From positions 6,915,190 to 6,979,189 of the forward strand of contig OZ037771.1 in assembly GCA_964035545.1 (NCBI GenBank): DNA of 64,000 nt, read 5' to 3'. Made by a program: the position numbers and the translations under genes. Below are positions 51,801-64,000 of this stretch, piece by piece. The stretch's first letter is position 1, and the number at the start of each line of letters is the position of its first letter. The stretch comes from Bugula neritina (lineage: Eukaryota > Animalia > Bryozoa). Under the pieces are notes generated by a model, which made no database searches, was not told where the DNA came from, and worked only from the letters and a program-made list of their open reading frames with translations.

Positions 51801-54800
51801 TAAGTATAATATATATTACATTTAATACAGCAGGATCTATGCTTGCAGGTATAATATGTATTACATAATAAGGTAAGATATATGTGTGCAGGTACGGGCG
51901 ACTCATAGCCTCTGACAGCTGTCAAACAGAGTGTATTTATGTGGTACGCTCTGGGGAGGCGAGAGTCATGAAGTACATGGAAACCAGGACTATAAACGTA
52001 GCTCAGAGGAGGAGACGATTACAGAAGGAACTCGAAGCTGCTGATCCTTATGTCACCAGAAAGAAGCTGTTAGACTTTGTATCTGTGAGGAAACCACGTA
52101 AGTTGTGTACTATAAATAGAAGTACGACTTCTTAGCTTGTACTTCACAAAATGTGACTAGCTGATGTAGATTGTGGAAATTATGATTGCATAAGAGATTT
52201 CATAACCAAACGGACTGATTGATTGAGCAGGGTTGTGTACTTGTTTGGCACTTTAAAACAATATTATTAAATTGCGATACATAGACCTAGATTTTCTATT
52301 TTCTGTAGAAACAACATGCAACTGGACTACTACAGCCAAAGTCGAAAGTTCATTGAAAACAGATTGTAGAAACACTGTGGAACACCAGAAGACTGCTATA
52401 ATTGATCTCCAGGCAAAGGGTGAGAATCTATGTATGCATCATCTTAGTCTTAATAAAACCAGATTTGAATGCCAAACACATTTTTGAAAATATATTTGTG
52501 ATATATCGATTAAACTTTCCATTTACTTGATAAGCTGTTTGTGAGTAGTTTCACCAAAAACAATATAGATTGCAAATATTTTTTCTTAACTCTCTAATTC
52601 AAGTTGCTTATGCATAACCTTGAAAGGAATTACACAGTTTAACATGCATATGGGTATAAATGTGCAACAAATAAACAACTAGTAATGCACTTTGTATATA
52701 TCTTATGTATATTACAGACATCGATGCTGAGAGTAAAGATGTGACTACAGAAGTAGATGTTAGTGTGACTGCTAAGCCTGCACAAGCCATTAAAACCAGA
52801 GCTCAAACAGCCATGTGCCGTTCAACTAGAAAGCCCTTGACATCAGGAAATACTGTGAGACCTCACACTGCCAAAGTAATCAGGTATAATTGTTTGTACA
52901 GAAAATTAAACTATATAATGCAATTTGTAAGTGACTATAATATTTCATATATGTGTGTGTATGAGTCTTTTATGCATTTGTTATAATAATAATGATAACA
53001 AATTTAAAGTGGAACATTAATTAGTACTGTGACTCACCAGCTAGTTATAGTTGATGCATACCATTAGTATGGTACTAATCTGAAGTATCTGCTACTGATG
53101 AGACATTAAAACTAATACTTTTAAGCATATATTTAAAAAATACTAAAAGCACATCAATTTTGTTCAATATAATATTAGCAAGAAATGGTTTAAATTTTAA
53201 TGCCAGCTTAAACTAAAATTTTCTACTAAGCACCCAACCGCAAGAAGAGTTTGATCTGTACAGAGCAAGGAAATCTGCGGTGAATAAAGTGGTTCCACCA
53301 TTTGTACAGGTTGATTCCCTACATGCTGGCCAAACCTACGTGAGTATAAGTCATTTCTCCTTGGACACTCCTGACTAAAGCTTTTGACCCTTAACCTAAA
53401 CTTGAACCCTTGACTTAGGCTTGTTGCTGTTTACTTTACCAATATCTCAATATCATTGTATTTGATATATTATAGGTACATTTTTACTGCACAGGCTTAT
53501 TTAGAATTTTTTCAACTATAGTTGATTAAGCCTAGGGCCACACGGCGCGTATTTTCGCATGCGAAAATTGAAATCACAAGTAGCAAAGGTGTCCACTGTA
53601 GCGTCAGTGATGCGTGATAAATAAAGCTTTCATTTTTAAATCGCACTTGCTTTCAATAAAACGCAATTTACTGGAATGTAGCACTAAAATAAAGAAGTTG
53701 GGCTCGCTGAATAACTATCAGCCAATTAGGTGACGACGACAGAAACGATTCGCACTTGCGTTGAGAATGCAGAGCGACAAGTGCAAGGGTTTTCTCAACG
53801 CGCACAGTGGACACCTTTGCTACTTGTGATTTCAATTTTCGCATGCGAAAATACGCACCGTGTGGCCCTAGGCTAACTGTCACAAAGCTCTGTAAGTTGT
53901 CATTATAAATAGTTCTGTTGGCAAAATGTTATGTGTCTTGCAGATATACAATTTCTAGAAGTCCAGTTTTTGACAAAACTGTGATTATTTAAAGAGTTAT
54001 TTAGCAGCAGATTATTTAAAGTAACTAGAATTATATTTTACAGTTTGTAAAAATTTAATCAGCTTTCGACATGATTCAGTGGGAGCAGCTATGGTCTAGG
54101 GGTTAGAGTGTTTGCTTTGTGAACACGAAGTCATGGGTTCAAACCCCGACAAAAGCCATTGGTAATGTTAGGAAGAACATCCAGTCATAATTGCTCCTGT
54201 GCCTCATTTAAATAAGTCCTTAGCCCGCTTTAACAAAAACCCTTTCTATCAGGGGTTTCTCACAGCGATGTAGACTATAAACTTGCGTAAGTTTTGGTGT
54301 TTCTTTAAAGTGCAACAGTCATATTATCAAACACTTTTATCAATTATGGATATTTAAAAAAATCATTAATATTTGATTACTCATTACAATATCACCATTA
54401 GCAAAGTTGATTTTTTTAAGAAAATTTGGTTGGTAATAATTTTAAACTTGTCGAAGTAGGTGGTATGGCTATTCCCATGAGGTGAATATCTCCCTTGTTT
54501 CCAACAGTCTCATTTATAGCCTACTAAAGGGCCACAGTTATGGAATGGAATAAAACAAGTTATGTAAGTTCTGTGATTAGAATCTTATTTAGTTTTATTT
54601 TTAACAGGGGATGAGGTCATTACTCCCTCCTGAAATACAGGGAGAACCGGCTGCCTTAGTTTCTGCAGGATGTGAGGTCATTCAGATTAACAAGAAGTTT
54701 TTTGCCAGATACCTAGATGACAACATGATGAATATTATTGCACTAAAGGTGAGACAATAAATCTATTTATAATATAGAGCATAGGCCTCTACAATGTTTT

Positions 54801-55605
54801 TTTTGTGTTAAGCATTTGTAAGGGCTTATATGCAGTAAGAGTTAGCTCCTCGTGAAAAAGTTTGCAGACATGAAAGTATTTCAACGAATTACATCAATTT
54901 AGACTTTATGCAATATTATAAACTTACCAAAGATAAGTAAATGTAGGCATGCAAACATCAATTGCTCTCATTTGCTGCCTTTTCTAAAAAAAATAGTTTT
55001 AGGTAAAAAGCTAATCAATAAGTTTTCTGCTTTACAATAATCTAATTTGATAATACCATTATTGAATGAAAAAATAATTGAAAAATGCATAAACTTAAAA
55101 ATGTTGTTTGAAAGCTCAAAACAAACATTGGCTGTGGTATGTTACATCAAGTCTTCTCCATAATTAACTCCATTCTAGTTTTTTGACAAAAAATATAAAA
55201 CTCTCATCATTTCTTCACAGAAGTGAAAATTCATAAAAGTGATCTATTGTTTTATCTTACAACCCATAAGCTTATATTACATGAGTTTTGCTTGAAAAGT
55301 GGTGATGCCTGATTGGTTACTGAGCTGAGTTGTCAACAGAGTATATAAAACTAGTCACATACAATTGAATTTTCATGTTTTTCGAAGTAGATGTTGAATA
55401 TCAATTTACTAAATGCATCAAAATTGTTTTTGAAAAGTTTTTGTCTTTTACAATTTAGGCGAAAGCTTACCCCAGTGAAGATGAACTGCTGAAAAGATTA
55501 GATGTAAACCTACAATGGGAAGAATACTGTGCAATTGTCATGTGTGGCTACCTGGACTCTAAAGTGGTTGGGTTTAGGGGGAGCCACATAGTCCAGCCTC
55601 AATAG
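45846..55605 (+). CDS. Cyclic nucleotide-binding domain-containing protein, CNBD2-like
   Basis: Exons about 45846-45895, 47648-47747, 47987-48130, 48955-49025, 49364-49553, 49989-50158, 50574-50647, 50955-51100, 51572-51720, 51892-52097, 52309-52419, 52718-52883, 53231-53339, 54608-54748, 55459-55605. Motifs RFRRAARLV, RVILRE..GVYFVLSG, PGDKFGE..RQSNV, IYVVRSGEA, LVSAGCEVIQINK, YPSEDELL..W. The 5' exons are less certain. Confidence 0.78.
47173..47245. repeat. 23-bp tandem repeat x3
   Basis: ATTAAGATGTAATAGGATAAAAT repeated. Confidence 0.8.
48216..48570. mobile_element. Degenerate hAT-like MITE remnant
   Basis: CTAGGGTGTTCGACTTTTT start and several GGGCCAC/GGCCAC subterminal motifs typical of hAT-type MITEs; the right TIR is poorly preserved. 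Confidence 0.4.
50810..50950. repeat. AT-rich minisatellite (about 21-bp unit) abutting a splice acceptor
   Basis: ACTATATAATATGTAATATGC units. Confidence 0.85.
53530..53873. mobile_element. PIF/Harbinger-type (Tourist-like) MITE, 344 bp
   Basis: 70-bp TIRs (53530-53599, 53804-53873) with one mismatch; TAA on both flanks (53527-53529, 53874-53876). Confidence 0.92.
54081..54295 (+). mobile_element. Full-length tRNA-derived SINE
   Basis: TGGTCTAGGGG A-box, GGGTTCAAACCC B-box, same core and 3' end (ACTATAAACTTGCGTAAGTTTT) as the other copies. Confidence 0.88.
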
Positions 55606-58556
55606 AAGTAACTTGTTCATGCTGAGCTCGGGCAACTCATGAAATTTAAATAGCCTCGGCTGTATTACTTATGAAATAACTAAAAACTTCTTCCTACCAT
55701 AAAAATTTTATATGCAGTACTTTTATTAGATATTTACATTTTTCATAAAATATTTGTAATAAAGCTTCGACTGTGTTTTGTGATTTGTGTCCAAACTTGT
55801 TTGCTACATTTAATATATTTTCATATAGGTTTTACTACCTCTTAGTACTTTTATCACATACAGTATTAAAAACTGTTGGAATCCAGCTACTTTGTCTCCT
55901 GTAAGCTGCAGTTCTTTTTCAAACAAGCTAAATATTACTTGAATTAAAGGGTATTTTTAGCTCAACAATGCTAGCTATTGGTAATTGCTGCTGAAGTGCA
56001 TTAGTTGCTATTTAGACACTGAAAGATATACCATCATTAAAACGTGGCAGAAATTTATGTAGTATTAAGCTGTATCTGAAGAATTAGCTTAGCTATCAGC
56101 TAAATGCAATTGTGGCCCATGCGGTTTGGTTTTATAGTAAATATTGTGCAAAGTGTCTTTGGCTGTCTTGTCCACTCACTTGCTGATGACGGTGGGAGCT
56201 CCTCAGTGATAGTAGCATTCCATAACATTCTCGTATAGATGTTATTCTTTTCTGCTTTAATGCATAGAAAAATCACTAAAATTGCTTAACAGCTTTAAAA
56301 ATAGGTTTTGAGAACATATCTGATTCAAGCAGTTTACACATGCCCTCATACCGATAGAAAAGGTTTACTTTCAGTATAAATATAGCATTTTCCAAGCCAT
56401 GACTAGCTTCTGCATATATAAATTTTTTTATAACATTCATTTGAGGATTTAAATCTATATATGTTTTTCACATTTATTAGAAGTATAACTATATTGACAT
56501 ATAAATTATACTGTTTGCAATCTAAAAATTAAAAGAAATCACAGCCAATTTTTACTTAATGATCCAAAATAAACAAATTAATTTTAAGTACTCGTACAGT
56601 AAAGAAGCAGCAAGATTCGAGTGATTAGAGGTACTATAGTGAGACGTGTGTTGTGTTAGGCTGGAAGAGCCAATCATATACCAGGGCTATTGGTGATGCC
56701 AGAAAAAGCACTAAAATTCTTTTTAAACATGTGGTTTGAGGCAGTCAATAGTCTGTTGTACTCATTTATTTGTAATAAATAATAAACATGTAATAATTGG
56801 AAATAACTGTTTGTAATAAATAATAAGATATACATATAAATTAATATAACTTAGCATCAAATAATACTACACTTTATTTGCCCATATTTGCATACAAGCA
56901 TATAAAGAAAGTACGCACCAGGTATTTTAAATAATAAAACACAATTTATAGAATTTAAACTATGAAGAGCTATTAATATATTACGTAACAATATTTCTAT
57001 TTTGTAATTTATTGACCTATAGTTAAACAATAAACAAATATACAAATACATGCATAATCTAATGATTTTAACCATACCTATAACTATATATTAAAATCTT
57101 AGGACTTAAGTTATATTCATTGTAATTTAATAAAACTAGGTTTATAGTAAAATTTAACACAAACTTGTGTTGTGGCAAAATCAGTACTACAAAAAGAATA
57201 AAAATGTCACTTAACTAGTTAAGTGAGTGGGTCACTGAGTGTGTGATTGACGTAGTGAGTAACTGTAAGTAATTGTAAGTAAAGATAAGAAATTGAGCTG
57301 ATGATTATAATATAGATAATGATAATCATACCTATAAATCATAATAAAACATGAAATACTCAATTATGCATTAGACTACTTTTAAATGATTGGCGTCTAT
57401 CTGGAATGACACTGATTTTAATAATTCAATCTACATTTGTCTATTCATAAATGATGAGGTAGATTGAGGTATTGCTTCAAGTGCTAGAAGTAAGTAGATT
57501 GGTTTATTCGTTTAGTATTAGTGTTACCACCACCATCGTCTACTTTTCAAAAAACGTTTAGAGTGGGAAGCCTTGGTCTATGTACATTTGGTTGCTTATA
57601 AGTTGGAAATCCCCAGTAATGGTGCCATAAAATACCAGCACTAGGTCTACAACTTTCATCTTGCATAGCAGCACCTGACAACAAATAAACCTGTTAACTT
57701 TTTCTATCATTTTTAAATATAAACCAGTTTAATGAATACAACTTTTGTTAATTGTGTATTGCTTGTTACATCAATGAATGCAAAACAAATTACTTCTATT
57801 GACAAGCTAAGAATGCTATCTTGAATCATTTGTTTTTACTGTATAGGAGAGAACAGCTGTGGGTACATCCTAGAAAAAGAGGATAAGAAAAAACCCAATA
57901 GTAATTGTTGTTATTGTCATCGAAAGTAAGAATATTCAACAAAGAAAAGTTTGAGCAATGCATATTGCAATCAGAACATCTACAATAACTTATTTCAAAA
58001 GAGTTAAGCTTATATGTATCACACAGATGAGCAGTAGGGCAATATTGACATGTATGTAAAGATCAGTGGAGAGCACAACCAAAAACTAGACAGACTTTTA
58101 CTAAACGTAGTTAGTTCCCAAGCTCTGTGACAATAAAATATTTGTACTATAATACTTGCCTCACGCAACAAAGAATCACTTAGCAACACTTGACAACAAA
58201 GGCAGTCTATTGAATTTCATGTAAGCGTTATCAGGTTACTCATAGTATAAGGTCTCAAAGCAGGAAGTGACATATGTGTCCTTATGGCAACGGTATTAAT
58301 GTTGCCAACAGTATAATATACTTGGCTCCAACTACCAAGAAGATATAGTACATAGAGTTGTGATGTTTTAAAATTACACTCAAAAGTAGGTATGCTATAT
58401 GATTCAGCTCTCTTACCATAGTCATTGGTTTATCTATTTTAAAATTTTAAGATTCACAACTTTTACAGCTGCTTAAGCATTCAGTCTTAAATTGCAAGCT
58501 TATCAAATCATATAATTTGATAAGAGGTATTAGTGTTTTTAATGGTCAAATTTTAA

Positions 58557-59192
<636 letters not shown>

Positions 59193-59543
59193 CAGCTGTG
59201 GAATTTCTCTTTTACTAAAGTATGATAGATTAGACTTATTAGATTAGACAGTAAAAGTTATCAAAGTTTATCAGCTAGGTATATTCGACTATCTGTTTGA
59301 CCAATGATTTAATGGCATTAGTTATAACTATGCAAAACTCAACCAGTGACTTGCATAGACAACTGAGGCTTACTTCTACATAATTGTTCACTTATTTTAT
59401 CTTTGAGGAACGAATGAGTAATTGTAATAAATATCTTATACAGGAAATCTAAAGGACATCTTCACAGAACGACTCTCTTGCTAGTTTTAATATAGATAAC
59501 ACTAAATAGTAAAGAAGGTGATAATAAAAAGTTAAAACAGAAA

Positions 59544-61319
59544 ATGGCTACCAAAACTGAGTATACTGAGTTCAAGACTTATCTAACAAATGACGATGGC
59601 ACAGTAAAAGTGCAGGCACTTGCATTTAAGAAAGAAAAGTTTGAAGAACTTAAAAAAGAGTTGGAAGAGTACAAATGGGTCGAAGGAGATTTTCTTCTGT
59701 CCTGTTATCAAAAGAATGGTGAGCAATGATGTAAAAATTAACACTCCTACAATGTACGTTCTCATAATTATAAAGTGTAGCTGAAACTGTAGAGCTCTGC
59801 TAATTGTAAGTCTTCTGCCATTTTGAAACTTGTAATCGAATATATCTGTCTAATAGTACGCCTTATGTACAAAATGTCAGATCTGCTTAGCTGGAACTAA
59901 TACACTCAGTTTAGGAGTTGCATATGAACTCAAAACTAAAGTTATTCACTTGACAACTGCAGGTAGGTATGTTTTAAGAAAACATTTTTTTGAGTTTGGA
60001 TTTTGCCAGAAGCAATATTGTTCCACTTACTTATGACAGCATATTGAATAGCTATTTTGATGAATTAACTTTGTTGACTGTAGCCAGTGTATGATTAGTT
60101 ATCTGAGCTTTTCTTATAGGGGAATGGAAAAACACCCCAACCATTGCAGGAAGCAAATTTGCTCTAAAACAAAGATATTTATCTTACTTAGATAATAGTA
60201 GGTCAAAGTTATTTGAGTTTTGAAGATTCCACTTTAATAGAAGTCGGTCAATTGAATGTATCTAAGTGTGCTTTTTGAACACCTGTTGGCATGACTTATA
60301 GATAATAAACGTCAATAAAATATAGTTATGTAGTTTAGAGTTAGCAATAAATTGGAGTTGTTTTCAAGGCCCAAAAGTAGCTCAGCTGTGTAAAGCAAAT
60401 GCTAGCACCATTGTGAAAACTAGTTTCAGTTGAATATTGGCTATTATTTTGAACGGAATGTGATACATAGGGGATACTTATAGATGAAAAATATGTGACA
60501 TTTTGAATATAAATATGATCTCATTTTGCCTCTACACATGCACTCTCACTAAAACCAGCCAAACCACTCAATGTTGGAGTAGATCTTTGGTGGTTTGCCA
60601 GCTTTACTGTGGCATCATTTTAAATTTTGGACATCCTATTAGCTTTTCTGTCAATAAAGGAGAGATTTAAGTGTAGTCGGTGTTGAGACAAACACCTAAA
60701 CACAACCTAACCAAAAATTTTAACAATGCTGCTTTTTCAAAGTTAAAAGTTGAAGAACTGTTTGTTTGTTTTAGGCACTCATTTTATGTGGGAGATTATG
60801 ACCATGCTGTTAAAGGGCTCAGCTGATTATATTCAAGATCCAAAAGAGGCATGCATGATCGACATGTTTCCATTTAAAAAAATTAATGCCATGTCCCCAT
60901 CTCCAAGAGTCCTCAACACTCACTACAGATTGGATGTTCTACCTAAGGAGTTTCGGGGAAGGAAAACTGTTTTAGGTATGTAAGGCATTCCATTAGAATA
61001 ATTATACTTAAGTGATGGAGTGGAGGTATAGAAGCGTAAAAAGCCTAGAAACGTAATCATACTAAAACATCACAATAAGCAAAGCAAAATGAGTTTTAAG
61101 TGAAACTGCAGTTTAATGTCATTACAGTCAGTTTTTATCTTCATGCCCCTAAATTAAGTAAACTGAACAATTATTACATCATATCATATTTTATGTGTGC
61201 GTATAGTATATATGCACTGCATGCGTGTACATATACATATACATTATACACATATATACATATTCACATATATACATATATACATATACACATAATTATA
61301 CACATGTATACATCTATAA

Positions 61320-61412
<93 letters not shown>

Positions 61413-64000
61413 CATATATACATATATACTTATACATATATACATCTATACATATATACATATTATACGAACATATACATACATTACATACATACAGAAA
61501 ATATATATAATCAATTTGTTTTGTAGTGATAAGAAATCCTAAAGACACGGCAGTATCTTTGTATCACCAAAGGAAGAATGTTGTGAGTAGCTTAGTAGAA
61601 ATCAAAAGTCTCTTTTATTTAAATATTTGAAGGCTATCATTATTTATAAATCAAACCTTGTGAATTAATATAATTTGAATCAATAACTTAAAAAATTATA
61701 TTTTTTAAGGTTGAATCTGTAAGAAATGTTGAGCCACTAACTTTTTCGCAAACGCTCATGCCTTTCTTGGAAGATAAAGATAGTCTTCAAGGCAACTATT
61801 TTGACTACGTTGAGTACATGTGGAGCCTTAAAGATGACCCCAACATGCTGGTTATCTTCTTTGAAGACCTCATACTGGTGAGAAACAAAAATCAGCACTG
61901 AAATTAGAAGCACTAACCAAACAAATACTGAGTTACATTAAGTGTAATTCATTAAATGGCATTTCATCAAAGACGGTGTGACGTGCAGAGGCTGTAAGCT
62001 GCAACAGATTTGTCCCAAGTCAAATTTTAACTTTTTTCCTTATTCTCCAGTAAACTTTTACTTTTACCGGTTACTACTATGCAAAATAGTTACACACCTA
62101 CTTATAAGCTACATGTTGATGTATAATAACACGCCATCACCAATTAAGCTTTTACAGCATCAACTTACTTGGCAGTGTGAAGTAAGACCTAAGATAATTG
62201 ATGCTGTGAAGGTTCAAACACTACTGGCTGCATTTTGTTTTTGACATAAATTACAGTTATAGCTAAAACACTTATTCAAATATTTTTCTATAGCAATTTG
62301 CTAAAAAGATGGAATTGTATTAATTGTGCTTATTAGGCTCTAAATTTATTTATTAATTAATTTGATATAAATTTAATTGAGCAGCAAGATAATATTTTAG
62401 AGTAGCAAGTATTTTGCTATGAAGTTAGTCTCTGGCTTGTGCACCAAAATTATTTGTAAGAACCAGTAACTAGTATATTCAAAATTGATGCACAAAAATG
62501 CGATATTTTAACAGAACATATTTTCTGCATTTAATCCGTTTAATTAAAGAAGAATCCTTGCTGTAAAGTATTAATTTATGAGCAGGCATTGTCCATGTGT
62601 CCTCAGCACAATACTGTCGTAGTTTATACGGCATGAGATTTATTCTTTTAATATTATTAAGAAACTGTGATTATGGCTCTTGTTACTAACTACTAATTGT
62701 TACATATCAGTTTCGTTACTTTATAATTGTCAATTTGCTTGCATTATATTTTTTCTCTAATTTGTAATACTTTAGCACGTTGCACCATCATTGTATATAT
62801 GGTCGATTTTTGTTAAAAATTTAAAATCTAAAGGCTACTGAACTACGGTATAGTTTATTATAATATTATTTACTCAGCCTTGCGATGTGATTGGCTGGTT
62901 TTTTATAGGACCCAGTAGCTAATATTCAGAAAGTAAATGAGTTTATGGGAACTCAGAGGAGCCCAGAACTTGTTGAGAAAATAGCCTCAGCTACAACGTT
63001 TAGCAAGATGAAAAAAGCAAAGATTTCCGATACAACTCCCAATCCAAAAATAGACGAGCATGTAAGTTTTGGCATGCCTATACTAATTAAAATAGTTGAG
63101 GTAACAAACTTGTAAAATAATTGCCCCCACTGGGATTTGAACCACAGACCTCCAGCTTGCAAGCAGGCATGCTAACCATTAACCTACAGGGGCTTCAAAA
63201 TTTCAAACAGCAAAATTACTATCTAACTTTATTTTTCTTACTTGCCAAATAAGTATTTTTTGATAGATTCAAACCTCACTATGTAGAACTAAAGTACGGT
63301 GATTTAAAAATAAGGGTGTGAGTTTACAAACAGTTACCAAACCAAAAAAGAAACATGTATTCACTAAAGTCCAAAACATATAACATTGGTACTTTGTATA
63401 TATAGGTCAATTACACCATAAAATGTTGTGTTGCTACAGGTTACTATTGATTTACCAAAGCAATTGTGCCAAAAGCCTATAAGTAAAACACATCGTAGCA
63501 AAAAATAGTAGCAAATTACAGTTGATGCTAGTCTTTATCAACTCTATAAAAACTCTTGATGGAATAAATAGTTACTAACCACTCTTGAAGGATTTCAACA
63601 TCTTAAAAATCAGTGATAATGAATGATATAAATGGGTAGATATTTGGTATAACTTCTGATACAATTCCTAAAGAACTCATTATAAGCAGTATATAAATGT
63701 CATATGTTTTCTATAATATAGCTAACCCAGCTATGTTAGAGCTTGCACCTTTCACCTAAATTGTTATATTAACTTGGTGTTGTCAATATTATAATATTTA
63801 AGACTTGCAAATTTTTTCTCAGTTATTAATAAAACAAGTAAGCAATTATATAGGGTATATTTTATTAATATTATAACTTATAACTATACCAAGAGATAAC
63901 CTGAAGCAAGTGGTTTACTTATTGTGTTATTGTAGTTGCTGACTCTGCTGGACAAACCAATGAGTATAATTGACATATCGGACAGGATGTACAGGAAAGG
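59544..64000 (+). CDS. Cytosolic sulfotransferase (SULT1-like), truncated by the window end
   Basis: Exons 59544-59718, 60775-60975, 61527-61582, 61710-61877, 62909-63061, 63936-end. 5'-PSB-like [16 protein letters not shown] (catalytic His), 3'-[23 protein letters not shown] and RKG. Confidence 0.92.
61200..61510. repeat. (TA)n/(TACA)n microsatellite in sulfotransferase intron 2
   Basis: Direct reading. Confidence 0.97.
63122..63193 (-). pseudogene. tRNA-like sequence (pseudo-tRNA or head of a second SINE family)
   Basis: GCCCCTGTAGGTTAATGGTTAGCATGCCTGCTTGCAAGCTGGAGGTCTGTGGTTCAAATCCCAGTGGGGGCA: acceptor stem, A and B boxes present; anticodon loop 6 nt with a stem mismatch and a bulged T-stem. 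Confidence 0.65.

Noticed and set aside
53668-53883. 71-aa ORF in the MITE (also 25386-25592)
   Set aside because: No transposase motifs; chance ORFs in non-autonomous elements.

Overview
AT-rich, intron-rich genomic DNA from an invertebrate animal (clade not determinable; a lophotrochozoan is only a guess). Exon chains were rebuilt by hand from splice sites and reading frame. Eight protein-coding genes: 3' part of a BCAR3/SH2D3 (NSP) gene (+), thiamine triphosphatase THTPA (-), VAMP7 (+), two tandem GDE1-like glycerophosphodiester phosphodiesterases (-), Nck/dock (+), a CNBD2-like cyclic-nucleotide-binding protein (+) and a cytosolic sulfotransferase cut by the window end (+). Mobile DNA: a tRNA-Thr-like-headed SINE family (5 recognisable copies), two intact MITEs with TIRs and TSDs, a degenerate hAT-like MITE and a 3' LINE fragment, plus many mini- and microsatellites. 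No prokaryotic-type system is present. The most unusual signals are: tandem repeats that amplified functional gene signals (the Nck SH2 5' splice site as a 33-bp in-frame array; the last codons plus stop of one GDE1 copy as a 32-bp array); degenerate 3/6-bp-periodic tracts bracketing both divergent promoter regions; and a possible stop-start uORF in THTPA.
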